Assembly: GCF_963921235.1 (NCBI RefSeq)
Contig: NC_086102.1
Coordinates: 137,020,001-137,084,000 of the forward strand
Reading direction: 5' to 3'
DNA from: Mobula hypostoma
Lineage: Eukaryota
Length of the DNA: 64,000 bases
The translations under genes and the position numbers were made by a program. The notes beneath the pieces are model-generated. The model searched no databases and was not told where the DNA came from. It worked only from the letters and a program-made list of their open reading frames with translations. Every line of letters begins with the position of its first letter. The first letter of the stretch is position 1. Of this stretch, positions 1 to 12,500 are shown one piece after another.

Positions 1-980
1 AGATCTTCTCTTGTTAATGAAATCCACAGATACACCACCTTCTGCCAAAAGAAATTCCTCCTCACTTCTGCTCAAAAGGGACCAAACTGAAATGTCAATG
101 GTTTCTCTACAGTAGCTCCATAACACTGGCTGACCCAGAAATTATTTCCAGCATTGTCTGATTTCACTTCACTCTCACTCTTGTGGTGACAGGTTTAAAT
201 CAATGGCCCTCACAACCTGCTCTTCATTCTTAGGAATTGATCATTTCCATTGACCACAACAAATTTCTGAATTTTTGTAATAACTTCCTATTAAAATAAT
301 TCTTCTCTGCACCAATAAAAATTGTCTTGAAATCTCAAATTTCCTAACTGCAGTTTTTTTATATCATTCCTAGCATGCCAGTAATTCCATCCTAGCCACT
401 GGCTGTGGGTTCAGTGCCCTTTCTCCTTCTCTGGCAGATCAATTTCTTGGTACCAGCAGAGCCCACCGCAGGACACTACAGGAGGCAGTGACACGTGGCT
501 AGTTCAACAGGCTTATTGCTGGTGAGACCATTTCTTGTCATCACGGATGTGGCACTTACCTGGTCATCAACTGGTAGGCAACATCAAGGGTGATATCTGA
601 GAGAAGGCTACTGACCTGAAGCAAAATCATTCCTCTCCATCACCACCAAAGTCCCTACGTAGGGGCATTCAGTAACATTCTGCTCAGATTTGGTTTGGGG
701 CGCTCTGCACATCTCTCAGCCCTGACAAGATTTCAGGAACAGTTCTTTTCTCTCTTCTTCCCCTCGGCCATCCATTTTCTAAATGGACATTGAGCCCATG
801 AACACTGCCTCACCACTTTTTTATTTCTGTTATTTGGCACCACTTATTTTAATATAACTAGTTAATGTACATATAGATCCTTAAAGTAACTCAGTTTTCC
901 CCCATATTTATTTGTCATAAAATTCATTGTACTGCTGCCAAAAAGTTAACGAATTTCACAATATATGCCAGTGTTGTTAG

Positions 981-1920
981 CATAGAACATAGAAAACATA
1001 CAGCACAATACAGGCCCTTCGACCCACAAAGCTATGCTGAACATGTCCCTACCTTAGAACTACCTATGCTTTACCCATAGCCCTCTATTTTTCGAAGCTC
1101 CATGTAGCCATCCAGGAGTCTCTTAAAAGACCCTATCATTTCCGCCGCCACCGGCAGCCCATTCCACACACTTACCGCTCTCTGCGTTAAAAAGCTAACC
1201 CTGACATCTCCTCTGTACCTACTTCCAAGCACCTTAAAACTATACCCTCTCATGCTAGCCATTTCAGCCCTAGGGAAAAGCCTCTGAGTATCCACACGAT
1301 CAATGTCTCTCATTATCTTGTACACCTCTATCAGGTCACCTCTCATCCTCCGTAGCTCCAAGGAGAAAAGGCCAAGTTCACTCAACCTATTCTCGTAAAT
1401 CATGCTCCCCAATTCAGAAACATCCTTGTAAATCTCCTCTGCACCCCTTTCTATGGTTTCCACATCCTTCCTGTAGTGAGGCGACCAGAATTGAGCACAG
1501 TACGCCAAGTAGGATCTGACCAGGGTCCTATATAGCTGCAACATTACCTCTCGGCTCTTGAACTCAGTCCCACGATTGATGAAGGCCAATGCAGAGTCAA
1601 CCTGCATAGCAGCTTTGAGTGTCCTACGGACTTGGACCCCAAGATCCCTCTGATCCTCCACACTGCTATATTCTGCCATCATTTTTGACCTACCAAGATG
1701 AACCACCTCACACTTATCTGGGTTGAACTCCATCTGCTACTCTCAGCCCAGTTTTGCATCCTATCAATGTCCTGTTGTAACCTCTGACAGCCCTCCACAC
1801 TATCCGCAACACCCCCAACCTTTGTGTCATCAGAAAATTTACCCATCCCTCCACTTCCTCATCCAGGTCATTTATAAAAATCACAAAGAGTAGGGGTCCC
1901 AGAACAGATCCCTGAGGCAC
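981..1920 (-). mobile_element. CR1-like LINE 3' fragment, nested in the tail of a Rex1/L2-like remnant (~740-1955)
   Basis: [29 protein letters not shown] and RRMRGDLIEVYKIM motifs; short-repeat tail at 981. Confidence 0.85.
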
Positions 1921-1959
1921 ACTTAAATCTGATATATCTGTTTCTGACTCTGATTTTAA

Positions 1960-2400
1960 TTTTCCAGGCATCATTCCAGTAACACTAACCTTAACTCTTC
2001 CGTTTTCAATGGGTTAAACTTGGAGCAAACATGTCAGTGTTTGGTTAATCTGATTTGTAAACAGAATGGTGATTTCACACAATTGAGTATTTCTGAGCAG
2101 CACTGACTGTTGAGATGATCCACTGTGCCGTGTGTGGGTGTACCAATTAACTGATGTAGGGACAGTGTGCACACGTTGGCCACGTCCAACATGGTTTTGT
2201 GGGAAGCTCATGAACTGATGGTCTCTTTATCTACCGGCCAAGTTTGTGTGGGATAAATTCCCCATTTCACTCTCAAGAATCCAGTTTGTTGATAAATAAA
2301 TTAACGAATGTGCAGATAAACAGTAATCAAGGATTATGAGTAATCCAGCACCCAGAAACTGAAGCATTCACACTGGAGAAGGCAAACAAGATGCTGAAAA
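1960..2400. promoter_or_regulatory. Conserved upstream noncoding block (candidate enhancer) of a fourth copy left of the window
   Basis: Near-identical to 16790-17230 and 40285-40720; contains FOX-like (GCAAACA, GTAAACA), HNF1-like and GATA motifs. Confidence 0.5.
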
Positions 2401-2800
2401 GCCCCAGTGCAGTCTCTGAGAAAGCGATATCAGAATGTGTCGTTCTGTTCAACTCAGTTTGTGTCAACAATAGCAATAATGCAGAAACGTTGATGGCCCT
2501 GTGTTTTCATTTAGCCGGTGTTAATGCTCAGAGATTTGAATCACAGGCCTTTGGGACAGTTTTGACCGTGGTCATGCATTGATCCACAATGTGCGGAACA
2601 TTTGCTCAAACCTCGACAGACATTGAATTCATATTATTGTAGCATTACTGCAGTCATGTCTGAATAAAAAAGGATCACGCCCATTGTAAGGATTTTTCTG
2701 CAATTTGTTCCTGATAACAGAAGCTGTTTATCACTTCAAGCATGGGTACTACGCCCAGGGCTTTGTTTTGGACTGGGAGTTGTTGACAGTAGTCATGAAA

Positions 2801-3716
2801 TCAACATATCTTGAGTGCATGCAGAGTCAACCTTTCCAGCGGCATGTACACTTGAAGACATAACAACTTCTCAAAGTTGTAACAGAAGCGGTTGAGCAGA
2901 GAGTACTGCAGCACAACTTATCTCATGCCCCATGCTGCACAGAACATTGTATATCATTTGTGAAAGAGGGCTCCAAGTCAAGGGTGTACAGCACAGGCTC
3001 ACGATCAAGCATACTTTCTTCAGCCAATGATTGGTGTGTCAAGGCTGACCTGGACGGGAAAGGCAGTTTCCCGGAGCAAATAGCTTTCACAACATTGCGT
3101 CCAGATATAATCATATGATCTGACAGCAGTAGAGAAGCGGTTATTGGTGAACTCACAGTCCTCTGGGAAGACAACATCGATGAAGCCCATGAGCGCAAGT
3201 TAACCAAATATGCAGAGTTAAGATCAGAGTGCAGAGACAGAGGGTGGAAGGTCTCATGCTATCCATTCAAAGTAGGCTGCCGTGGGTTTATTGCGTTCAC
3301 TCTCCAGAAGTGGTTGCGTGACCTTGGCTTCACTAGAAGAGAGATCAAGTCAACCAGCAGGGCTGTAGCTGAGGCAGCAGAGAAAGGATCAGCATGGGTG
3401 TGGACCAAGTATGTCCAGAGGGGCAGATAGTCAGACAATGTATACATATCTTGCAAACCTTTCAGTAGTTGCATAGACACCTGAAGAGCAGACTGTCTGT
3501 CGGATGGAAGTGACCAACAAATCTGATAGAGGCAGATGCCAAGTTTTTAAACTCACCAGTGGGAGATGGTGCTTTAGCACTGCTGGCCCACCACCTCGAG
3601 GGAGTCTTGGTCATAAGCGGGCCGAAACTTCTGAAGACAGGTGGCAGATCAGCTGATGATCCCACTGGTGATAGCACAGGACAGTTAACATCTTAGTCCA
3701 TGTGTACTTTGTAACT
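2801..3716 (+). mobile_element. HERO-like (R2-group, restriction-like endonuclease) non-LTR retrotransposon 3' fragment
   Basis: Translates to HILSAC...RHN and LRPDIII*...ELTVLWEDNIDEAHERKLTKYAELRSECRDRGWKVSCYPFKVGCRGF. It is absent at the homologous sites 18060 and 41820. Confidence 0.75.
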
Positions 3717-4050
3717 CTGTGGTCAGGGTTTCTGGCTCCTGGGCTGTATGCTGACATCAGAGTTCATGTGGGAGGGGACAGGGAGAGTGAAAGAGAAAAC
3801 AGAAAATTAATTTGTGGAGGTAAACAGTTCAAGAAACGTTAACAAGTCAACACTTGCTGGGGAATCGTGTCAACAATTGCATTAATTATCAATCATTGTT
3901 TAACAGAACCAGGCTCACGCCTTTTCAACATAAAGACTTGCAAAATGTTTTAAAAGAATCAGAATCAGATTTAATATAACCGGCATACATCCTAAATTTG
4001 TTAACTGTACGGCAGCAGTACAAGGCAATACATGATAAATAAATATAGAG

Positions 4051-4206
4051 NNNNNNNNNNNNNNNNNNNNNNNNNNNNNNNNNNNNNNNNNNNNNNNNNN
4101 NNNNNNNNNNNNNNNNNNNNNNNNNNNNNNNNNNNNNNNNNNNNNNNNNNNNNNNNNNNNNNNNNNNNNNNNNNNNNNNNNNNNNNNNNNNNNNNNNNNN
4201 NNNNNN
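4051..4206. other. Assembly gap (156 N) inside a short minus-strand repeat
   Basis: Run of N. Confidence 0.99.
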
Positions 4207-4579
4207 ATTTAGAAATTGGATGGCAGAGGAGAAGAAGTTATTCCTGAATAGCTGAGTGTATGTGTATGCCTTCAGGCTTCTGTAAAAGCAGGAAGATTTG
4301 AATCCTATTATCTTGTGAGAAGTCCATTTATCTCCAGTTTTCACCGGGTAGTACACTTAAGTTAACCCTTTACATGACAAAATTCATTAGTTGTGGCTGG
4401 TGTTCCATTTTCATGTTGCTCATTGAAGCAAAGTTTCTGTCAATAATGCAGCCGTATGAAGTGCTGCAGACTCTGCTTTCAAAGGAGGATGGAATGCCAA
4501 GAAAGGTTTGGTGATTGGCATTTGCAGAGGAAACTAAGTATGAGCAAGTTTACCCTTTATGCGTTACAAGGTGGATTGG

Positions 4580-5110
4580 ATCTGGGGGAACCCAGAATGC
4601 CATCTATAAATTCACCAATGACACAACTGCTGTTGGCAGAATCTCAGATGGCGACAAAGAGGCATACAACAGTGAGACAGCAGCTAGTTGGGTGGTGTCA
4701 CAACAAAAACTATGCACTCAGTGTCAGCAAGACCAAGGAATTTACTGTGGATTTCAGGAAGGGGAAGTTGGGAGAACACATCCCAGTCCTTATCGAGTAG
4801 TGGAAAGGGAGAGCATCACCATCTATATCTCCATCATGGCTAACAGCCTTCCCACCATCAAGGACATACCAAAAGACAATGCTTCAACAGGATGGCATCT
4901 ACAGCTTTGTTCTCTCAGCCATCAGATTTCAGAATGGATCATGAACCCATAAACGCTGCCCCACTTTTTGCACTCTTTTTGAACTACGTATTTACTTTTT
5001 TATATTTTCTACTGTAATTTATAGTAATATTTTATGTATTGTTCTGTACTGCTGCCACAAAACAACAAATTTCATAACCTATATCAGTGATAATAAATCT
5101 GATTCTGAAT
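4580..5110 (+). mobile_element. Decayed Rex1/L2-like LINE fragment (paralogs ~25260-26040 and ~42360-42530)
   Basis: KFTNDTTAVGRIS and SKTKEFTVDFRK motifs; ctgattctga tail. Confidence 0.6.
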
Positions 5111-5974
5111 GGGCCTTGAATATTCAGTAACACTGTGGCTGTTCTGTGCCAACTAGTCACTTGATTTTGACACCTTTATGTAACAACATCAGTGAAATCC
5201 ATCTGCATCCTTCATAAAACTGTAAGTTGCTCAATCAGATCCTGCCTTCCAGCAAGGCAGTTTCAGGTTCCAGCACGTTTGAGAAATTGTCTCTTGACTC
5301 CACAATGGCCATACTTTACCTCATGCTTTTATATCTTCATGAAGTGAACTCTTCTCTTTCAATCATATTGGCACATTGTTTTAATTAGCAATGAACCCTA
5401 TTCAAATCACTCTAGACATTTTCTATACCTGAGACAAGACAAAACATCTCTTCTGCATTTAAAAATTTCACAGATTGCTTTTCCCGATCTGTGTCACTTA
5501 ATCACTTGATTCTGGCACCTTTGAGTACCAACATGACAGAAGGAAACAGATGCTTTCCAGGTAAACACCTGCATAGATGAGTTCCGCCAGCTATTAATGT
5601 GTGTTCTGCAAGATTATTCATCATTTGGATGGATAAGTAAAGCAGTCTGCATTGATTGTGAGAAGCAAATTACCATTGATCAGTGATTGAGATTTTTCAT
5701 CAAAAAATGTGCTGGAGGTGCTTCAATGAACTTTTGATGAGTGCTTGATAAAGCAGTCAAAACAAGCTTGTCATCAGAACTAAAGCAAATGGAATGAAAG
5801 TAGCAGAGCCTGAGTAAGGACAGGAGCAGAGTCAGGAGGAGCAGAGTTTTTTTTGGTAGACAGACATTTGCAGTGGTGTTCCCCAAAGTCTGTACAAATC
5901 TACACATACAATGGTCTCTTCTCATACAATGGCCGGCCTCGATTTCTTCTCACCGTTATCCAGGACACCACATG

Positions 5975-7072
5975 AGAAAAGGAGGTGCATAGCAGGTGTA
6001 GGCAGGTAGGAACAAATGGGGTACTAATGGGGTATAAGAAATGGAAGAGAACATTTAAGAAAGAAATCAGAAGGGCTCAAAGAAGGCATGAAGTTGCCCT
6101 AGCTAACAAGGTGAAGGAGAATCCTAAGGGATTCCACAGATATGTTAAGAGCAAAAGGATTTACAAGGGACGAAATTGGAAAGTCAGAATGGTAATTCAT
6201 GAGTGGAGCCACAAGAGGTGGGGAGATCCTATATAAATTTTTTGCATCAATATTTAATCAGGAGATGGACACTGAGTCTATAGAAGTGAGATCGACAAGT
6301 GTGAGATGTTGCACTTTGGTAGGACCAACCAGGGTAGGTCTTATACAGTGAATGGTAGGGCACTGAGGTGTGCGGTAGAACGATGGGATCTAGGAATACA
6401 GGTCCATAATTCATTGAAAGTATCGTTACAGGTGCATAGGGTCATAAAGAAAGCTTTTGGCACAATGGTTTTCATAAATCAAAGTATTGAGTAAAGGAGA
6501 TGGGATGTTATGTTGAAGTTGTATAAGACATTAGTGAGGCTGTATTTGTAGTAATGTATGCAGTTTTTGTCATCTACCCACAGGAAAGATGTAAATAAGG
6601 TTGAAAGAGTACAGAGAAAAGTTACAAGGATATTGCTGGTTCTGGAAGACCTGAGCTATAAGGAAAGATTGAATACATTAGGGCTTTATTCCCTGGCATG
6701 TAGAAGATTGAGAGGAGATTTGATGGAGGTGTACAAAATTATGAGGGGTATCAAGAGGGTAAGTGCAAGCAGGCTTTTTCCACTGACAACAACCAAAGGT
6801 TATGGGTTAAGGGTGAAAGGTGAAATGTTTAAGGCGAACATGTGGGAAACTTTTTCACTCAGAGGGTCATGAAAGTGTGGACTGAGCTTCCAGTACAAAT
6901 GAAGCATGCAAGTTCAACTTCAACATTCGAGTGAAGTTTGGATAGGTAGGGGTTTGGAGGACTGTGGTCCAGATGCTGGTCGATGGGAGTAGGCACTTTA
7001 AATGGTTCGATACGGTTTAGATAGGTTGAAGGGCCTGTTTCTGTGCTTTTCTTTTCTATGACTCAATGACTC
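5975..7072 (+). mobile_element. CR1-like LINE remnant with internal deletion (paralog of 26040-27800 and 44290-55335)
   Basis: KENPKGFHRYVKSKR, LHFGRTN and RRLRGDLMEVYKIMRG motifs. Confidence 0.8.
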
Positions 7073-7280
7073 TGAGATAGATCAGATCGTTAAATGATGC
7101 GGCAACAACATACTCTCATTCAGAGTCATCAAGATCAAGGTACTGATAGTTAACTTCAGAAGGGGAATACACACCAGTCCTCACTGAGAGGTTAGTGTTG
7201 GAAAAGGTGAGCAGTAAGTTCCTGAGTGTCAACAGCTCGAAGGATCTATCTTGGTCCCAGCACTTCAATGCAATTACAAT

Positions 7281-7667
7281 TGAAACCTTACTGGTTTCCT
7301 TGCCTGTGTGAGTCTAGGGAATACACACTCCTCTCCCAACAAACCTACAAGATTGAGACTGCTATCCCATCCCAAATGCTGGTTTGTGTGGATGCTGTGT
7401 AATTTGCTACCCTGTTACAACTCAGTACCAAGAAATAACAGACAGCACACAGCATACAATTAAAGGAATTATATTTATGATCTTAACTAAAGGGTTAGTT
7501 AAGAAAAGAAAGAAAAAAAACAAAAAGGGCCCATTATAATTAAACAGTTAAATGTGCACAAGAATCAGAATCAGGTTTATTATCACCAGCATGTGACGTG
7601 AAATTTGTTAACTTAGCAACAGCAGTTCAATGCAATACATAATCTAGCAGAGAAAAAAATAAATAAA

Positions 7668-7702
<35 letters not shown>

Positions 7703-8122
7703 GACAAGTAAATCAATTACATATATTGAATAGATTTTAAAAAAGTGCAAAAACAGAAATACTGCATATTTAAAAAAGTGAGGTAGTATCCAAAGATTTA
7801 ATGTCCATTTAGGAATTGGATGGCAGAGAGGAAGAAGCTGGTCCTGAATCACTGAGTGTGTGCCTTCAGCTTAACTCTCCCAAAGGTCAGAAATATTCAC
7901 CCACCCGCAGTCGAAATTGGCTCCTTGCTCCAGCAAATCATGGACCCCCCACTGGGTTGAATCCTACGATCGGTTCTCTCCAGTGTTTTCTCTCTGCATC
8001 TCCCGATGAACAAAGGACCCAGCTCACATTACAAAGCACCCATAATCTCTACCCATAAGCCAAGAACTGCTTCTAGAGAAAGACCTTGACTTTAGTAGTG
8101 AAACCTTTCCCTGGGTGTTACA
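7281..8122. mobile_element. Probable solo LTR inserted in a Rex1/L2-like remnant, with a nested short repeat and (AAT)n at 7561-7868
   Basis: TG...CA ends; absent from the paralogous site near 28020. Confidence 0.45.
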
Positions 8123-8499
8123 CAAAGAAGGCACACCAGCAGCTCTAATTCATTAGTAGTTTAAGAAGATTTGGTATGTCATCAAAGATTCTTGTGAATT
8201 TCTACAGATGTGGAGTCACGAGCTTTCAAAATGGTTGCATTGGCACCTGGTATGAAGGTTCCAAGGCACAAGATTGAAAGAGGCTGCAGAGAGTTGTAGA
8301 CCCAGAAAGCTCCATCACAGGAACACCCCTCACACTGCCAAGGACATCTTCAAGAGGCAGGGCCTCAAGAAGGTAGCATCCTTCAAAAAGACCCTAAACA
8401 TCTGACTCATGCAGTCCTTTAGTTACTGAAATTGGGGAAGAGGTACGGGATCCTGAAGACGTATACACATCAGGACAATTTTGGATATTTACCCATTGA

Positions 8500-8895
8500 A
8501 TAAGAGAGAAAAAAATTTCCCTCCACCTTCACTTTCTTTCAATTGCCAACTTTGGCCTCATACCTCTTCTAACCTGCCTATTACACATTACACTCTACCC
8601 CTAGTCTCCTCTGCCTTCCCTTACCCCTATGGTCCATTCTCCTCTACTATCAGATTTGTTCCTTTCCAGTCCTTCTCTTTCCAACCCACCTGCTTTAACC
8701 TATCACCTCATTCCTCCCTCCCCAGCTGTTATTCTGGCATTTTCCCACTTCCTTTTCAGTCCAGAAAAAGGGTCCCGGCCCGAAACACCAAGAGTTTATT
8801 GGTCTCCATAGATGCTGCCTGGCCTGCTGAGTTCCTCAGCATTTTGTGTGCGTTGCTTCGATTTCCAGCATCTGCAGATTTTCTTGTGTTTATAA
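8500..8895 (+). mobile_element. Penelope-like 3' terminal remnant (paralog ~55940-56315)
   Basis: Pyrimidine-rich tract, degenerate hammerhead-like motif and a gatgctgcctggcctgctgagttc...cagcatctgcaga terminus. Confidence 0.6.
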
Positions 8896-9292
8896 ATATT
8901 AGAGCTGCTGCAATAAGGCAGATGTTCACCTTATTGATACCTCGGTCCTAATTATGTCTAAAATGTCTCAATGGCCCCAAGGTCCTTCAAAATGTAACTT
9001 TTGGAGATTTTAAACAAAATTTTAAAAAGACAAAATTAAACAATCCAAAGATTTCAAGCTTGCTGCAATTGGAATAAGCAGTCCAGGATGCACAGCATCT
9101 CATTCAGCGCCTGCTGTCAATATTAAGACAGCAAATTAAGCAAGATAACAGGAGATCCCACGTCAGGAGGTCCTACCAGACACTATCAGCAAGAGACAGA
9201 TGAACATGAGCATAATAACTGGATGAACTACCTTAGGTCAGGGACAAACAAAACAACTTCCAGATACAATTCTGTAAATATACAATACAGTA

Positions 9293-9306
9293 TTTATTAC
9301 TTTATT
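9293..9306 (-). terminator. Tandem AATAAA polyadenylation signals, copy A
   Basis: Two AATAAA about 220 nt after the stop; conserved in all copies. Confidence 0.7.
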
Positions 9307-9522
9307 TTGATCCACAATACATTAAACAATAATATGCAACAAAGGACAGAACATTTACAAACAATCTAGTGTCCCAGTTACAATAAAATCTTCAGTCAGG
9401 AGCTCCAGGCCCCTCAGTCTTGTAATCAGTAAGTACAGTACAATTATTAACATCTTGTGTATTCTGAATGAGGTCTTCTTGTGTTCACAGTGAGTTCAGA
9501 CTTTGTGGAGTTTCTTTCATGG

Positions 9523-12500
9523 TTAGTGATGGGATCTCAAGTCCTCATTTTGTTCCTGGAATGGGAAGATGAGCAGATTTGTAATCTTCAGCTGGACTGA
9601 ACTCACTCTGATGTCAATGTTTTCTCATTAGTTTTAATGATGATCATATCAGACACAAAGCTTCAGTTTATACTTACATTTGAAGGCTCCTCCGATGATA
9701 ATTCTGTTGACTTGCTTTTCATCTGTTTTACAAGATAAAATCAGATTTGCACATCAGTGATAGATCCACATCAAAAACTTTACAATCAATCTGAATCTCG
9801 GCAAAATATTAACATAATGAAATCAATTGCAAAGAATGTCATTATGTTGAAGAAGATGCAAACAAGAATTGTGAAGATATTACCAAGACTGGAGGGTTTG
9901 TTGTGTCAGAAAAGGCTGGATAGGTGAGGAGTTGATTCCCTGAAGTGCAAGAAAGTAGGTGAAGATGTAATAGTGGTTAATAAAACTTGGAGAGGAATAG
10001 ATAAGGCAAATAGGGTAGAGGAGTCTAAAGTGAGAGAACATAGATTTAAAGTGCAAGGGGAAGATTCAAAAGTGAGGTGAGGAGCAACTTTTTCAAACAG
10101 AGATGGTGGTTTAATGGCATGAACGGCCAGTAGAAATGTGAGATTTAAAATGCATTTGGACAGTCCATAGATAAAAAAACGATATTTAAGAGATATGGGC
10201 CAAATGTAGGAAACTTGTTCAGCACAGATGAATTGGACCAAGGACCAGCACCTGCATTGTATAGCTCGATGATTCTATTAATTTAAGAGGGGTGATTGAT
10301 TACTTCATTTGTTCTCGACTGTGCTGACATTGGGTGCTTAAGGTTGTTATAGGCGGGGGCTGTAGTTGGGATAGGCTCCCACTACCTATTAAATGCTCCC
10401 AATAGCATATATTTCAAATAACCTCTTGACAACCAAACCCAGCTCCAGGCCTTCACATGTACCTTAGCTACTAAGCCAATGGAACTGTTTCTACTGAAAG
10501 GAGGAGGGGCAAAGATGGTTTACTGGCGCTTTAAAACTAGTCGCTTCAGGCACATGGGGCTCATCAGCTGTGGTTAGCAGTTCATCTTGGAGAATGAATA
10601 CTCCGATCTCAAACCTCCACTGCTTTGCGTCTACAGCCACCCATGGGAATGGCTTTCAGAATAAACCACAAGGAAAGCTCTGGATCTGCAGTCCCTAAGG
10701 CAGTCCTATGTTGAGTTCAAAGCTGACTGGCAACTCCTGCAACACCACTGGTGCCAAACTGTATCAGTCTCCGTCGTCCTTTGGACTCATCAGCTATGTG
10801 GACAGGGTGAGCCTACGACATGGACAACAGCTTGCTCTCCATATCATACTGCCCTGGCTTGTGTGCCACATAGACAGCTGGGACACCACCTCCATGGTTG
10901 ACCGGACCGGTGGAAAGCCTCAGTGCTGGCATCTCCCTGCACCATACACTTCTATACTCAGGGCCAATAGTTATAGTGATTTAAATGAGGGGATCCTCCT
11001 TTCATGAAACTACCAGAAATATCAATCCACAGGCTATGATTGTCTGCAGGAGAGAGTGTCCTTCCAAATTCTATTTCAAAATTTCGTGAAGAACAAACTC
11101 AAACTCAGGCTAATGATGGGCATCTCCAGGACATGCACAGAGAATTTGTGCATTAATATGCCATCCTCTCCCTTCTCCAGGTAGTCATTAAATTATGTTT
11201 ACCCAGATTAGTTTTCATCGGTATATTATGGTTGAAAATCAATAGATGAAAATTCCAAGATTAGACTTACATCAGAAGACTCCTCGACTGATGTCTCATT
11301 TGACTTGCTCTCTACCTGCATGAAAAGATCAAAATTTATATGCTCAGCATGTTAATTTATGAAAGTTTGTGAAGTAACCTGAGAACAAGCCCTTTAAAGA
11401 TTTAATTATTTATAAACCTAGATATATCCCCTTTATTTATTTATTACCGCAGTGGAGAAATGCTCACCAGAACAACTAAATTTTGCAAAAATAATCATAT
11501 CACATAATGTGAGGTGTGACGGGTCTCTAGATAATTTGGGGAAAATGTCACTCTCACCCAATTAATTGGTATTGTTGTATTGAACCTGCTCTGCACCTTC
11601 ACTTGGTCTCTTTAATTGGTGAGTGTTACAGACATTGCCCTCATGTCTAGCACCCAATCTTGTTGCTATCCAGCTCGCTTTATCCTTGAGAGGAAGCAAA
11701 CTCACTTTCTGTTTTGGAGCCCCTCAGTCAAACTTCCCCTCAGGAATCAAACATCGCAATACCTATCTCAATAGACTGACCTAAAGAGAGCGGTGCAGAC
11801 TTGATGGCCAAATGGTCTTATTCTGCTCCTATATCTTATATTTTATGGTCTAAGTGGCCCTTTCTCCTCTACTCTGACATAGTTGAATGCAATATGTTTA
11901 ACATATTTACTTAGCGTCGAGATCAAAAAGATCATCAATTTTTTTTCCATTTATACTCACATCAGCTGAATCCTCAAGAGATGACTCTGTTGATTTGTCT
12001 TTTTCCTGTACGGAAATAATATTAATTTGTTTAGTACAAGACAGTGAGGAATTTTGAAAATATATAAACTGAAAAATTCCCAGTTTGCACAAGTATTAAA
12101 TATTGAAATATAATTCAGTCTTTGTTCACTCTGGGCATTTCAGCAGAAAATGCAGCAGGCCATTGGGAAGGCAAATTATCTTTATTGCAAGAGGACTTGA
12201 AAAGAAGAATACTACAATTGTATCGAACCCTGGTGAGGATTGTATGGTTTTGGTCGACTTATCTGAAGAAAGATATGTTTGAGACAGAGGATACAGCAAA
12301 GTTCTACAAGTATACTACCCATGAAGGTACATCTGCCACATGAGGAGAGATTAAGTGCGATAGACTCTACTCACTCCAGATTGGAAGAATGAGAGGTGAT
12401 ACCATGAGCAAAATTATGAGAGGTCTTGAATACTTATCAGGGAAAGGGTTTTCACCAATCCAAGGAGTTGAGACTTGGCTTACAGTCTCAAAATAAGAGC

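Noticed and set aside
2014-2211. Recurring small ORF MSFPQNHVGRG... (also 16825-17040)
   Set aside because: Recurrence is explained by the segmental duplication; the ends differ and there is no recognisable domain or splice structure.
3595-3670. Possible hammerhead (GAAAC...CTGATGA) in the HERO 3' UTR
   Set aside because: I could not assemble stems I-III in a canonical order.
3925-4356. ORFs spanning X runs
   Set aside because: Artifacts of the assembly gap.
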